A program made the translations under genes and the position numbers. A model generated the notes under the pieces. The model was not told the DNA's origin and searched no databases. It saw nothing but the letters and a program-made list of their open reading frames with translations. Source: Bacteroidota bacterium (GTDB taxonomy: Bacteria; Bacteroidota; Bacteroidia; B-17B0; Aurantibacillaceae). Taken from it: DNA of 64,000 nucleotides. Location: NCBI GenBank assembly GCA_040389965.1, contig JAZJZF010000021.1, positions 79,887 to 143,886 on the forward strand, in the 5' to 3' direction. Below, piece after piece: positions 16,401-26,169 of the stretch (its first letter is position 1; each line of letters opens with the position of its first letter).

Positions 16401-19264
16401 CAACAATATATACCGTAACAGGTACTTCCGCTGCAGGTTGTATCAGTCCTGCTTCTTCACAGGGAACATTTACGGTTATGGTTAATTCTACTCCTACTAT
16501 TACTGCTATCGCTACAAGATCGGCTTGCGCAGGTTCAACAGTTCCTGCATTATCTTTTACCGTTAATCCATCAAGCGGAAGTGTTAACTGGATTAACAAT
16601 AACACCTCTACGGGTTTAACAGCCAGTGGTACCGGTAGCACTATTGCAGCCTTTACGGCTTCCAATGTTACGTCTTCCACTATAGGTGTTATAACTACTA
16701 CCGCAACTGTAAATGGGTGTACTGCAACCTTCAATCATACACTAACAGTTAACCCATTACCTTTGGTTAGTATAACACCTTTAAGTCAAACCATTACATG
16801 TGCTGCTCCAACAGTAACCCTTACCGGTTCATCAAATCCCGCTTCTGCTACTCCTGTATGGACAGGTGGCGTATCAAGTGGTGTGAACAGTTATACAGCT
16901 ACGGCATCATCTGCCAATATTTATACATTAACTGCTACCAGTCTTGCCGGTTGCCTTGGCACAGCTACTACACAGGTTGTGCCTAGTGCAGGTCTTCCAA
17001 CAGTTGCAGCAAGTATTACAAATTCTTTAAATTGTACAGTAACATCGGCACAGGTTATTGCCACTACATCTACTACTCCTGTATCTTATAGCTGGACTGG
17101 CCCCGGAATTACTTCGGGAGCTACAACAGCGACTGCATCCGTCAATACAGGCGGACAATACACAGTAGTAGTGACCAATACCCTTTCTTTATGCTCTACT
17201 ACTATTACAACGTCGGTACCATCCAGTACTACACCAATTACACCAAGCATAACGGCAACAGGCTCTATCACCTGCTCTACGCCTACCTTAACATTAAACG
17301 GAGCTCCTGCAGGTAGTGTAACTTACACATGGTCGGGTGTAGGTTTAATAAGCGGAACAAATACACAAACAGCAGCCGTTAATAGCGGAGGTGTTTATAC
17401 CTTAAGTGTTACCAGTATAGCCAATGGCTGCGTAGGTTCTCAAACTCTAGCCATATCTACTAATACAACTGCACCAACGGTAAGTATGACTCCTACATCG
17501 AGCTACACAACTACCTGTGCCAATCCTACTGTTGCACTAAATACTACGGTTAATCCTTCAACAGGTGTTACCTATAGCTGGACAGCTCCTTCAACAGGTG
17601 CGTTAAACAGCTACACCATATCAAACCCTGTAGCAAGTGGTAGCGGTGCCTTTACAGTAGCAGTTACCAATAGTGCTAACGGTTGTAGCACAGCATCCGC
17701 GTCGCAGGCTACTGTACAAATTACAGCAGACGCAGGCATACCGGTAGTAACCTTATCTGCTAATTCAACAAGTATCACCTGTGCCAATCAAACACCAAGT
17801 ATAGCTGTTACAACTACAGCAAGCCCTGTGAGCTACAGCTGGTCGCCTACTACAGGCATTGTTCCTGGCACGGAAACCACTGCAAATCCTTCGTTTAATA
17901 CTCCGGGAACTTACAGTGTAATAGTTACAAATACTGTATCGGGTTGTGCATCAAGTGCTGCGCAAAGTGTGGTAACCGTAACATTAAATAATACACCTCC
18001 GGTTATTTCTTCGTTCTTAACCACAAACGGCGGTACCATTACCTGTGCTAATCCTTCTATAACGGTTACTCCATCCATAACGCCAAGCAGTAATTTAACC
18101 TATACCTGGACAGGCGGAGCGGGACTTATTACTCCTGCGAACCAGGCAAACGCCACATTTAATGCTCCCGGCACTTATACTCTGGCAGTAACAAATACCG
18201 TAACGGGTTGCGTATCGGTTACCACAAATTCGGCAAGTACTATTACTATTTATCAAAATACAGTTACCCCTACAGTAAGCGCTGCTGCAGCATCGAGTAA
18301 CAGTGTTATTGGTTGTGCAAATTCTACGGTTACCTTCTCTACAAGCATAACCGCATCGGGTAGTAATTTAAGCTATAACTGGAATACAGGTGCCACTACA
18401 CCAACCATAAGCATTACAACTGCCGGCGCCTATTCGTTTACAGTTACCGATAATAGTAATGGATGCTCTGCAAATACCCAGTTTACGGTAACAGGTAATA
18501 CCACTCCTCCACAAAATGTAAATGCAGGTGCTTCTGTAAATATTGCCTGTGGAAGCTCTACTACTACTTTAAATGGCACATCAACTTCTACAAATGTTAG
18601 CTATAGCTGGTCGGGACCAGGCTCAGGAAGTATTGTTTCAGGAAGTAATACGGCAAGCCCGGTTGTAGGCGAAACAGGAACCTATACCTTAACCGTAACT
18701 GACAATATAACAGGTTGCCAAAGCACATCTACTGTAAATGTAACCCAGGCCTTTGTAACAGCTTCATTTACGGCAGATCCTACAACGGGAATAGCTCCTT
18801 TAACTGTAAACTTTACCAATACCAGTGTGGGCGCTACCTCTTACAGTTGGAATTTTGGCGATTCACAAACATCTGCGCAAACAAATCCGGTTAATGTATT
18901 TACAACAGGTACTTATACTGTTTTGTTAACGGCTACATCGGGCACCTGTACTGCTACCGCCACCCTGCAGGTTGTTGTGGAAGACGGGCTGACTCTGGAA
19001 ATCCCGAATGTATTTACTCCTAATAATGACGGCATAAATGACCTGTTTACCATAAAATCGACCGGTGTAAAAGATATATCCCTGCAGATTTTTAACCGTT
19101 GGGGAGAAAAACTATATGAGTTCTCAGGAGCGAAAGCAGCCTGGGACGGGCTCAATACCCAGGGAATAAAAGTGCCGGATGCCACTTATTTTTATTTTGT
19201 AAAAGCCCGTGGTTTTGACGATAAAGAAATAGAAAAGCACGGCACAGTTAACCTTTTTAGGTAA
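13463..19264 (+). CDS. Giant secreted surface protein with a Cys-rich N-domain, many Ig-like repeats, a PKD domain and a T9SS type B sorting domain
   Basis: The track ORF starts at 13445. The ATG at 13463 gives a canonical signal peptide, MKKFYSSLMIGFICLLFSGNLFSQ. N-domain starts GNTCATAEPFC. Dozens of two-Cys T/S-rich repeats, PKD motif WNFGDSQ, and the same type B CTD as the 8317 gene. Confidence 0.9.
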   Translation: MKKFYSSLMIGFICLLFSGNLFSQGNTCATAEPFCTAVGSPYIFTNVTDGNTGFCSSCPAAGCLSSTPRPSWFYVKSLTAGAMTYSLSQSTSIGGTPNIDVDFIAYGPYSAAQFTNACASLLTGSCSGDHNCIGNIEDCSYSIASTETMTLSPTAGGQYYLIMITNYDGVAGYITFTQTGGNGSDCAITCPDDNFVLVGTNKSTSADVPSGSTLNCNQNIQLDPPDLGGFSYNPFTDQLTPCMQVYIEPFRSNLATNGSIDVYENGFDSWFACPSGCGGAIGGTTATNGVNFGWFLGQADPNYSHPSVFCRTGTIGANTATVSLRSCWDNTQILAGPQAWNSTTCFTLTAAASPTAYGTAAFSVTPVAGAAGLSDTHWGRATITPSLIPSGTYTVTYTFNNGKCGDLHGKYVFTIPPTPTITAASAASQTICAGSTVAAENFVITPAAGTYVWNNDNTTIGVGASGTSTINAYTAPNIGSTTIGNFTITPTASGCIGTPRTFTITLNPKPTVSIVSNPASSICLNSSLTFTSSGANTYTWSSSANGGLGSTSGTNVGATPTATGTITYTVNATSVAGCTNTATQNITVNALPVVTITPASSGTLCSGTSITLTGSGASTYAWQAPAGGGLSGTSGSVVTITPTASPLTYTVTGTAANTCTNVAIRTITVIATPTISVSNPSATQSSTICSGNSVVLTASGAGTFTWSPATGLSSTTGSPVTASPTNTASPTIYTVTGTSAAGCISPVSSQGTFTVTVNPIPNVSISSTPASSVCLNSALTFTASGANTYTWSSSANGGLGSTSGANVGATPTATGTITYTVNATSVAGCTNTATQNITVNALPVVTITPASSGTLCSGTSITLTGSGATSYAWQSPAGGGLTGSGSVVTIAPTVSPVTYTVTGTAANTCTNIAIRTITVMATPTVSVSNPSATQSSTLCSGNSVVLTASGAGTFTWSPATGLSSTTGSPVTASPTNTSSPTIYTVTGTSAAGCISPASSQGTFTVMVNSTPTITAIATRSACAGSTVPALSFTVNPSSGSVNWINNNTSTGLTASGTGSTIAAFTASNVTSSTIGVITTTATVNGCTATFNHTLTVNPLPLVSITPLSQTITCAAPTVTLTGSSNPASATPVWTGGVSSGVNSYTATASSANIYTLTATSLAGCLGTATTQVVPSAGLPTVAASITNSLNCTVTSAQVIATTSTTPVSYSWTGPGITSGATTATASVNTGGQYTVVVTNTLSLCSTTITTSVPSSTTPITPSITATGSITCSTPTLTLNGAPAGSVTYTWSGVGLISGTNTQTAAVNSGGVYTLSVTSIANGCVGSQTLAISTNTTAPTVSMTPTSSYTTTCANPTVALNTTVNPSTGVTYSWTAPSTGALNSYTISNPVASGSGAFTVAVTNSANGCSTASASQATVQITADAGIPVVTLSANSTSITCANQTPSIAVTTTASPVSYSWSPTTGIVPGTETTANPSFNTPGTYSVIVTNTVSGCASSAAQSVVTVTLNNTPPVISSFLTTNGGTITCANPSITVTPSITPSSNLTYTWTGGAGLITPANQANATFNAPGTYTLAVTNTVTGCVSVTTNSASTITIYQNTVTPTVSAAAASSNSVIGCANSTVTFSTSITASGSNLSYNWNTGATTPTISITTAGAYSFTVTDNSNGCSANTQFTVTGNTTPPQNVNAGASVNIACGSSTTTLNGTSTSTNVSYSWSGPGSGSIVSGSNTASPVVGETGTYTLTVTDNITGCQSTSTVNVTQAFVTASFTADPTTGIAPLTVNFTNTSVGATSYSWNFGDSQTSAQTNPVNVFTTGTYTVLLTATSGTCTATATLQVVVEDGLTLEIPNVFTPNNDGINDLFTIKSTGVKDISLQIFNRWGEKLYEFSGAKAAWDGLNTQGIKVPDATYFYFVKARGFDDKEIEKHGTVNLFR
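14981..16483 (+). repeat. Recent in-frame tandem duplication (753 bp plus 750 bp, three Ig-like domains per copy)
   Basis: aatccta..acg at 14981 recurs at 15734 and the unit ends at 16483. Block 15065-15279 against 15818-16032 shows 4 mismatches in 215 bp by my alignment. Copy 2 carries one 3-bp deletion. Confidence 0.9.
18995..19261 (+). other. Segment encoding the T9SS type B C-terminal sorting domain
   Basis: LEIPNVFTPNNDGINDLFTIKSTG...HGTVNLFR. Confidence 0.8.
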
Positions 19265-19292
19265 GAATACAGTTTTTTGCTCATTTTTATTA

Positions 19293-19327
19293 AAAAAGTC
19301 TTTCCTAAAAGGAAAGACTTTTTTAAT
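19293..19327 (+). terminator. Rho-independent terminator
   Basis: Perfect 13-bp stem aaaaagtctttcc / ggaaagacttttt with loop taaaa, followed by a T run. Confidence 0.8.
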
Positions 19328-19450
19328 TTCGTATCCCCCCACAAACCTATTTATGAAATAGGCCAGGTTTTTAGAAAATGAAATAAATGATCTGAATTTT
19401 CATTTTATTACTAAAAATCCAACATTTATTCAATATTTTTCAACAATTTT

Positions 19451-19481
19451 TTTGTTGATGAAGAAAATAATTATATCTTTG
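19451..19481 (+). promoter_or_regulatory. Bacteroidota-type promoter of the str/ribosomal operon
   Basis: -33 TTTG (19451-19454), a 19-nt spacer, then -7 TATCTTTG (19474-19481), matching TAnnTTTG. A small leader hairpin, tcccca/tgggga, lies at 19485-19499. Confidence 0.5.
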
Positions 19482-19544
19482 CCGTCCCCAAAATGGGGAG
19501 AAAGCGTAAATTATAGTAAAATCAAGTAATACAGAGGATTTAAG

Positions 19545-19958
19545 ATGCCTACAATATCGCAATTAGTAAGAAAAGGACGCTATAAAGCTCCTAACAAAAG
19601 TAAATCGGCCGCTTTGGACTCATGTCCACAACGCCGTGGTGTTTGTACCCGTGTGTACACAACAACCCCTAAAAAACCTAACTCAGCTATGCGTAAAGTA
19701 GCGAAGGTGCGTTTAACAAATAAGCAAGAAATTATTGCTTATATCCCTGGTGAGGGTCACAACTTGCAAGAGCACAGTATCGTTTTGGTACGTGGTGGTC
19801 GTGTTAAGGATTTACCAGGTGTACGTTACCACATCGTTCGCGGATCTTTAGATACAGCGGGTGTTGAAGGCAGAAAACAACAACGTTCCAAATACGGAAC
19901 TAAGCGTCCTAAAGCAGGTGCTGTTGCAGCTCCGGCAAAAGGTGCTAAGAAAAAATAA
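19545..19958 (+). CDS. rpsL: 30S ribosomal protein S12
   Basis: Universal S12 core [26 protein letters not shown]. Head of the str operon. Confidence 0.97.
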   Translation: MPTISQLVRKGRYKAPNKSKSAALDSCPQRRGVCTRVYTTTPKKPNSAMRKVAKVRLTNKQEIIAYIPGEGHNLQEHSIVLVRGGRVKDLPGVRYHIVRGSLDTAGVEGRKQQRSKYGTKRPKAGAVAAPAKGAKKK

Positions 19959-19992
19959 TATTAAGTAAGAAAATTTAAGTAGATTTTATACA

Positions 19993-20460
19993 ATGAGGAA
20001 ATCAACCGCTAAAAAAAGAATTCTGTTACCAGATCCAATTTATAACGATATTTTGGTAACACGTTTTTTAAACAGTTTAATGTACGACGGTAAAAAAAAT
20101 ACCGCGTCAAAACTATTTCATGAGTGCTTAGAAATCGTTGCAAAACGTACTAACGAAGATGGATTAGAAGTTTTCAAAAAAGGATTAGCTAACGTAACTC
20201 CACAAGTTGAAGTTCGTTCACGCCGTGTAGGTGGAGCAACTTTCCAGATTCCTTCAGAGGTTCGCCCTGAAAGAAAATTAGCTTTGGCTATTAAATGGAT
20301 GATCACTTACGCTCGTAAACGTAACGAAAAATCAATGGCTCAGAAATTAGCCGGAGAAATCGTTTCTGCTTCTAAAGAAGAAGGTGCTGCTTTCAAAAAG
20401 AAAGAAGACGTTCACAAAATGGCAGAAGCTAACAAAGCATTTTCACATTTCAGATTCTAA
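19993..20460 (+). CDS. rpsG: 30S ribosomal protein S7
   Basis: 155 aa with the S7 core [16 protein letters not shown]. Follows rpsL. Confidence 0.97.
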   Translation: MRKSTAKKRILLPDPIYNDILVTRFLNSLMYDGKKNTASKLFHECLEIVAKRTNEDGLEVFKKGLANVTPQVEVRSRRVGGATFQIPSEVRPERKLALAIKWMITYARKRNEKSMAQKLAGEIVSASKEEGAAFKKKEDVHKMAEANKAFSHFRF

Positions 20461-20465
20461 TTAAA

Positions 20466-22580
20466 ATGAGCGATTTAAGATATACAAGAAATATTGGTAT
20501 TGCTGCGCATATTGATGCTGGTAAAACAACCACAACAGAGCGTATCCTTTACTACACAGGTGTAAACCATAAAATTGGTGAAGTGCACGAAGGTGCAGCC
20601 ACTATGGATTGGATGGCACAAGAGCAAGAGCGAGGTATTACCATTACTTCTGCTGCTACAACCTGTTTTTGGAAATACAGAGATAATCAATACAAAATTA
20701 ATATCATTGATACACCGGGCCACGTTGACTTTACAGTTGAAGTGAATCGTTCTTTACGTGTATTAGATGGTTTAGTGTTTTTGTTTTCAGCTGTTGATGG
20801 TGTTGAGCCTCAATCTGAAACTAACTGGCGTTTAGCGGATAATTATAATGTTACCCGTTTAGGTTTCGTTAATAAAATGGATCGCCAGGGTGCTGACTTC
20901 TTAAAAGTAGTTAAGCAAACACGCGAAATCTTAGGTGGTAATGCCGTTCCTCTTCAAATCCCAATCGGTGCTGAAGAAAACTTTATTGGGGTAGTTGATT
21001 TAATTAACTTCCGTGGTATTGTTTGGAATGAACATGATAAAGGAATGACTTTCCAGGAAGTTCCTATTCCTGATGATTTATTAGAAGAAGCAACTGAGTG
21101 GAGAGAAAAAATGTTGGAAGCTGTTTCTGAATTTGATGACAAAATCATGGAGAAGTTTTTCGACGCTCCGGATACTATCACAGAAAGAGAAGTATTAGAT
21201 GCATTGCGTAAAGCTTGCGTTGCCAATAAAATTGTTCCTATGGTATGTGGTTCATCTTTCAAAAACAAAGGTGTACAAACCATGTTGGATTTGGTGATGG
21301 AATTAATGCCATCTCCAATGGACAAAGCAGAAACTAAAGGGATTAACCCTGACACTGGTTTAGAGGTAACTCGTAAACCGGATGTGAAAGAACCATTTAC
21401 AGCTTTAGCATTTAAAATTGCTACCGATCCATTCGTAGGTCGTTTAGCTTTCTTCCGTGCGTATTCTGGTCGTTTAGATGCTGGTTCTTATGTCTTGAAC
21501 ACCCGTTCAGGAAATAAAGAACGTATCTCCCGTATCTTCCAAATGCATGCTAACAAACAAAATCCAGTTGAGTTTTTAGAGGCTGGAGATATTGGAGCAG
21601 CAGTTGGATTTAAAGATATTAAAACAGGAGATACATTGTGTGATGAAAAGCATCCAATTGTTTTAGAAGCGATGAATTTCCCTGAGCCAGTTATTGGTTT
21701 AGCAATTGAACCAAAAACACAAGGCGATTTAGATCGTTTAGGCGTAGGTTTACATAAATTAGCGGAAGAAGATCCAACGTTCCGTGTTCACACAGATGAA
21801 GATTCTGGTCAAACCATTATCTCCGGTATGGGTGAGTTACACTTAGAGATTATTATCGACCGTTTAAAACGTGAGTTTAAAGTAGAAGTTAACCAGGGCG
21901 AGCCTCAGGTATCTTACAAAGAATCTATTTCTGCAACTTATGAGCACCGTGAAGTTTACAAAAAACAAACAGGTGGTCGTGGTAAATTCGCTGATATTAA
22001 AATTGTATTGGGACCTGTTGATGCAGATTTCGACAGAACAAAAGGCGATTTACAGTTTGTGAATGAAATTTCCGGTGGTTCAATTCCACGTGAGTTTATT
22101 CCTTCTGTTGAGAAAGGCTTTAAAGCATCTATGGTAAACGGTGTATTAGCCGGGTATCCATTGGATAACTTGAAAGTACGTTTAATTGATGGTTCATTCC
22201 ACGCAGTCGATTCAGATTCATTATCTTTTGAGATCTGTGCCCGTTCAGCATACCGTGAAGCATTGGTAAAATGTAAACCGGTATTAATGGAGCCGATCAT
22301 GAAAGTAGAAGTTCTTACTCCGGAAGTAAACATGGGTGATGTGGTAGGTGACTTAAACCGTCGTCGTGGCCAGATTGAAGGGATGGATTCTAAAAATAAC
22401 TCACAGGTTATTAAAGCAAAAGTTCCTTTGTCTGAAATGTTTGGTTATGTAACTCAGTTACGTACATTAACATCAGGCCGTGCAACATCAACTATGGAAT
22501 TCTCTCACTATGCAGATGCCCCTGCCAACGTAGCAGCAGATGTAATAGCAAAAGTAAAAGGTAATAAAGAAAAAGTTTAA
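20466..22580 (+). CDS. fusA: Elongation factor G
   Basis: 704 aa with G1 AHIDAGKTT and G3 DTPGHVDF, and EF-G domains through the C-terminus. Confidence 0.97.
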   Translation: MSDLRYTRNIGIAAHIDAGKTTTTERILYYTGVNHKIGEVHEGAATMDWMAQEQERGITITSAATTCFWKYRDNQYKINIIDTPGHVDFTVEVNRSLRVLDGLVFLFSAVDGVEPQSETNWRLADNYNVTRLGFVNKMDRQGADFLKVVKQTREILGGNAVPLQIPIGAEENFIGVVDLINFRGIVWNEHDKGMTFQEVPIPDDLLEEATEWREKMLEAVSEFDDKIMEKFFDAPDTITEREVLDALRKACVANKIVPMVCGSSFKNKGVQTMLDLVMELMPSPMDKAETKGINPDTGLEVTRKPDVKEPFTALAFKIATDPFVGRLAFFRAYSGRLDAGSYVLNTRSGNKERISRIFQMHANKQNPVEFLEAGDIGAAVGFKDIKTGDTLCDEKHPIVLEAMNFPEPVIGLAIEPKTQGDLDRLGVGLHKLAEEDPTFRVHTDEDSGQTIISGMGELHLEIIIDRLKREFKVEVNQGEPQVSYKESISATYEHREVYKKQTGGRGKFADIKIVLGPVDADFDRTKGDLQFVNEISGGSIPREFIPSVEKGFKASMVNGVLAGYPLDNLKVRLIDGSFHAVDSDSLSFEICARSAYREALVKCKPVLMEPIMKVEVLTPEVNMGDVVGDLNRRRGQIEGMDSKNNSQVIKAKVPLSEMFGYVTQLRTLTSGRATSTMEFSHYADAPANVAADVIAKVKGNKEKV

Positions 22581-22598
22581 TCGCATTATTCAGATAAA

Positions 22599-22904
22599 AT
22601 GAGCCAAAGAATCAGAATCAAATTAAAATCATACGATTACAATTTAGTAGATAAATCTGCTGAAAAAATCGTAAAAACTGTGAAAATGACAGGAGCTGTG
22701 GTTAATGGACCAATTCCATTGCCTACTAACAAAAGAATCTTCACAGTATTACGTTCGCCGCACGTAAACAAAAAAGCGCGTGAGCAATTCCAGGTTTGTG
22801 CATACAAACGTTTATTGGATATCTACAGTTCTTCTTCAAAAACAGTAGATGCTTTAATGAAATTAGAGTTGCCTAGCGGAGTAGAGGTTGAGATCAAAGT
22901 TTAA
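22599..22904 (+). CDS. rpsJ: 30S ribosomal protein S10
   Basis: 101 aa: IRIKLKSYD...[14 protein letters not shown]. Confidence 0.97.
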   Translation: MSQRIRIKLKSYDYNLVDKSAEKIVKTVKMTGAVVNGPIPLPTNKRIFTVLRSPHVNKKAREQFQVCAYKRLLDIYSSSSKTVDALMKLELPSGVEVEIKV

Positions 22905-22972
22905 CCCTCTGTTCTCTAAATAAAAAAGGATAAAAAATAATAATTAGTAAAAACAAATAACAAAAAAGTCAA

Positions 22973-23590
22973 ATGTCTGGAATTATTGGTAAAAAAATAG
23001 GAATGACTAGCTTCTTCGATGCCAATGGCAAGTATGTGCCATGCACAGTTATTGAAGCAGGTCCTTGCGTGGTTACGCAAGTAAAAACCAATGAAAAAGA
23101 CGGTTACACAGCTTTACAGTTAGCTTACGATGAGAAAAAAGAAAAACACACATCGTCTGCAATGAAAGGTCATTTTGAATTAGCAAAAACGACCCCAAAA
23201 CGTAAAATTGTTGAGTTCCGTTCTTTTGAGGAAACAAAAAATTTAGGTGATGTAGTAACTCTTGATATGTTTGTAGAAGGCGACTTCGTAGACGTAGTTG
23301 GTACTTCTAAAGGAAAAGGTTTCCAGGGTGTAGTTAAACGTCACGGATTTGGTGGTGTAGGTGGTACAACTCACGGTCAGCATGATCGTTCAAGAGCACC
23401 TGGATCATTAGGAGCATCTTCAGATCCTTCCCGTGTATTTAAAGGTATGCGTATGGCCGGAAGAACAGGTGGAAACAGAAAAAAAATCCAAAACCTGGTA
23501 GTAGTTAAAATAATGGCAGAAAAGAATGTGCTTTTAATTAAAGGTTCTATTCCTGGTGCTAAAGGGTCTTACGTTATAATCGAGAAGTAA
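22973..23590 (+). CDS. rplC: 50S ribosomal protein L3
   Basis: 205 aa: [25 protein letters not shown]. Confidence 0.97.
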   Translation: MSGIIGKKIGMTSFFDANGKYVPCTVIEAGPCVVTQVKTNEKDGYTALQLAYDEKKEKHTSSAMKGHFELAKTTPKRKIVEFRSFEETKNLGDVVTLDMFVEGDFVDVVGTSKGKGFQGVVKRHGFGGVGGTTHGQHDRSRAPGSLGASSDPSRVFKGMRMAGRTGGNRKKIQNLVVVKIMAEKNVLLIKGSIPGAKGSYVIIEK

Positions 23591-23592
23591 TC

Positions 23593-24222
23593 ATGCAAGT
23601 AGAAATATTAAACATAAGCGGAAAAAAAACTACTAAGAAAGTAGATTTAACCGACAGTATCTTTGGTGCAGAGCCAAATGATCATAGCATATACCTGGAT
23701 GTAAAGCACTATTTAGCTGCTCAACGTCAGGGAACACACAAATCAAAAGAGCGTGCTGAGATTTCTCGTACGACTAAAAAATTGAAACGTCAAAAGGGAA
23801 CAGGTGGAGCTCGTGCGGGTTCTATGAAATCTCCGGTTTTCGTTGGTGGTGGTCGTGCATTCGGTCCTCGCCCTCGTAACTACGATTTCAAAATCAACAA
23901 AAAAGTAAAAGTATTAGCTCGTGTATCGGCTTTAACTTATAAAGCAAAAGAAAACGCTATTACTGTGTTAGAAGACTTCACATTTGATGCTCCAAAAACA
24001 AGTAATTATGTTGAGTTAATCAAGAATTTGAACTTATCTGACAAAAAAACATTATTAGTGTTGGGAGATGCAAATAAAAACGTATATTTGTCGTCCCGTA
24101 ATTTGGAAGGCGCAAAAGTTGTAACTGCATCAGAATTAAACACTTATGATATAGTTAATGCTCACACATTAATTCTTTCAGAAAGCTCGGTTAAAGTATT
24201 AGAATCATTATTAAACAAATAA
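23593..24222 (+). CDS. rplD: 50S ribosomal protein L4
   Basis: 209 aa with [11 protein letters not shown], in the S10-operon position. Confidence 0.96.
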   Translation: MQVEILNISGKKTTKKVDLTDSIFGAEPNDHSIYLDVKHYLAAQRQGTHKSKERAEISRTTKKLKRQKGTGGARAGSMKSPVFVGGGRAFGPRPRNYDFKINKKVKVLARVSALTYKAKENAITVLEDFTFDAPKTSNYVELIKNLNLSDKKTLLVLGDANKNVYLSSRNLEGAKVVTASELNTYDIVNAHTLILSESSVKVLESLLNK

Positions 24223-24223
24223 A

Positions 24224-24514
24224 ATGGAAATATTAATAAAACCAATCATCACCGAAAAGATGACTTCTTTGGCCGAGAAGTTGAATCGCTATGGTTTTGT
24301 GGTAGATAAAAGCGCCAACAAAGTACAAATAAGACAAGCTGTTGAAAAAATGTACGGTGTAAAAGTTGAAGCAGTAAATACTCAACAATACGTTGGTAAA
24401 GTAAAAACCCGTAATACTACTCGTGGTATTGCTGTAGGCCGCGTAAACCGTTCAAAAAGAGCTTTTGTCACATTAAAAGCTGGCGAAGTAATTGATTTTT
24501 ACGCTAATATTTAA
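24224..24514 (+). CDS. rplW: 50S ribosomal protein L23
   Basis: 96 aa with ILIKPIITEK, in the expected operon position. Confidence 0.96.
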   Translation: MEILIKPIITEKMTSLAEKLNRYGFVVDKSANKVQIRQAVEKMYGVKVEAVNTQQYVGKVKTRNTTRGIAVGRVNRSKRAFVTLKAGEVIDFYANI

Positions 24515-24534
24515 TCTGATAAAAAGTAGAAGAA

Positions 24535-25359
24535 ATGGCATTAAAAAAATTCAGACCGTTGACTCCAAGTCAACGTTTTAAAATAGCAAGTGATAATTCA
24601 GATATCACTACAAACGTTCCTGAAAAAAGCTTATTAACATCAGTTAAAAATAGCGGTGGACGTGATAATACAGGTAAAATGACAATCCGTAATATCGGTG
24701 GTGGTCATAAAAAACAATACCGTATCATTGATTTCAAACGTAATAAAGATGGTATCGAAGGAGTTGTTGCTTCTATCGAATACGATCCAAACCGTACATC
24801 GCGTATTGCTTTGATCCATTATAAAGATGGTGAAAAACGTTATATCTTAGCTCCACAAGGCTTAGAAGTAGGTAAAAAAGTAATGTCAGGCGCAACTGCA
24901 ACTCCTGAAGTAGGAAATTGCATGTTCTTATCAGATATTCCATTAGGTACAATCGTTTCAAATATTGAATTACGTCCCGGACAAGGCGGAGCTATGGCTC
25001 GTTCAGCCGGAACTTATGCTCAATTAACAGCTCGTGATGGTAAATACGCAGTATTACGTATGCCTTCAGGTGAAGTTCGTATGATTTTAATTACTTGTAA
25101 AGCTACTATCGGTGCGGTTTCAAACCCTGACCATAGCTTAGAGATTTCAGGTAAAGCAGGTCGTTCCCGTTGGTTAGGTCGTCGTTCTCGTACACGTCCG
25201 GTAGCAATGAACCCAGTGGATCATCCAATGGGTGGAGGTGAAGGCCGTGCATCAGGTGGGCAACCTCGTTCTCGTAACGGTATCCCTTCAAAAGGTTACA
25301 AAACACGTTACAAAGCGAAGTCTTCAAACCAACACATTATTAAAAGAAGAAGTAAATAA
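24535..25359 (+). CDS. rplB: 50S ribosomal protein L2
   Basis: 274 aa: [14 protein letters not shown]. Confidence 0.97.
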   Translation: MALKKFRPLTPSQRFKIASDNSDITTNVPEKSLLTSVKNSGGRDNTGKMTIRNIGGGHKKQYRIIDFKRNKDGIEGVVASIEYDPNRTSRIALIHYKDGEKRYILAPQGLEVGKKVMSGATATPEVGNCMFLSDIPLGTIVSNIELRPGQGGAMARSAGTYAQLTARDGKYAVLRMPSGEVRMILITCKATIGAVSNPDHSLEISGKAGRSRWLGRRSRTRPVAMNPVDHPMGGGEGRASGGQPRSRNGIPSKGYKTRYKAKSSNQHIIKRRSK

Positions 25360-25415
25360 TAATTAACGTTTAATGGTCCCGATGCAAATCGGGATTCATA
25401 ACAAAAAAACAAAAA

Positions 25416-25685
25416 ATGGCAAGATCATTAAAAAAAGGTCCTTTTATTGACCACAACTTAGAGAAAAAAGTTACTCAAATGAATGAGAGTAACAAAAAGA
25501 CAGTTCTTAAAACATGGGCTCGTCGTTCTGTTATTTATCCTGAAATGGTTGGACATACCTTTGCAGTGCATAACGGAAACAAATTTATCCCGGTTTATTG
25601 CACCGAAAACATGGTAGGTCATAAATTAGGAGAATTTGCTGCAACACGCTCTTTCAAAGGTCATTCAGGTAATAACAAGAAGTAA
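25416..25685 (+). CDS. rpsS: 30S ribosomal protein S19
   Basis: 89 aa: [11 protein letters not shown]...VHNGNKF. Confidence 0.97.
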   Translation: MARSLKKGPFIDHNLEKKVTQMNESNKKTVLKTWARRSVIYPEMVGHTFAVHNGNKFIPVYCTENMVGHKLGEFAATRSFKGHSGNNKK

Positions 25686-25709
25686 TTAAGTTGATAAAGA
25701 AATTAAGTC

Positions 25710-26162
25710 ATGGGTAAAAGAAAAAGATTAGTAGCAGAGGCACGCAAAGAAGCAAATAAGAGTACTTATTTTGCTAAATTAAACAGCTGCCCTACATCAC
25801 CTCGTAAAATGCGCCAGGTTGCGGATTTAGTAAGAGGTATGGAAGCATATAAAGCATTAAACGTGTTAAAATTTAACACACGTGAAGCATCAGGTCGTTT
25901 AGAGAAATTATTAAAATCTGCGATAGCTAATTATGAAGCTAAAACAGGTACTCGTCCTGAAGAAAACACTTTATTCGTTACTTCGGTAATGGTGGATAGT
26001 GCTCTTATGGCAAAACGTTTACGTACTGCGCCTCAGGGTCGTGGTTACAGAATCAGAAAACGTTCAAACCACGTTACTTTAGAAGTAGGTACTGCAGTTG
26101 TTAGTACTAAAAAAGCTGAAAGAAAAGCAGCTGCAATCACTAAATCAGAAGAAAAAAAATAA
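25710..26162 (+). CDS. rplV: 50S ribosomal protein L22
   Basis: 150 aa: an L22 core ([14 protein letters not shown]) plus a K/E/A-rich C-terminal extension. Confidence 0.95.
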   Translation: MGKRKRLVAEARKEANKSTYFAKLNSCPTSPRKMRQVADLVRGMEAYKALNVLKFNTREASGRLEKLLKSAIANYEAKTGTRPEENTLFVTSVMVDSALMAKRLRTAPQGRGYRIRKRSNHVTLEVGTAVVSTKKAERKAAAITKSEEKK

Positions 26163-26169
26163 TATAGAA

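Noticed and set aside
9598-16483. Regularly spaced repeats that could be mistaken for a CRISPR array or a minisatellite.
   Set aside because: The units are 234-753 bp, contiguous, without unique spacers, in frame, and translate into protein domains inside long ORFs.
10267-19185. Many 60-190-aa minus-strand and off-frame ORFs inside the two giant genes, for example 10267-10488, 11310-11540, 12199-12390, 14812-15003, 15406-15642, 16156-16734, 17086-17271 and 18913-19185.
   Set aside because: They are by-products of the Thr/Ser/Ala/Gly/Val-rich repeat coding sequence, whose ACN/GCN/GGN/GTN codons give stop-poor antisense frames. Their translations are low-complexity V/A/T/P strings. 15406-15642 and 16156-16734 duplicate each other only because they lie in the two copies of the tandem duplication.
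26098-26169. The ORF-track N-terminal extension of rpsC ([24 protein letters not shown]).
   Set aside because: It overlaps the 3' end of rplV in another frame. The conserved S3 N-terminus MGQKANPIG starts at ATG 26170.
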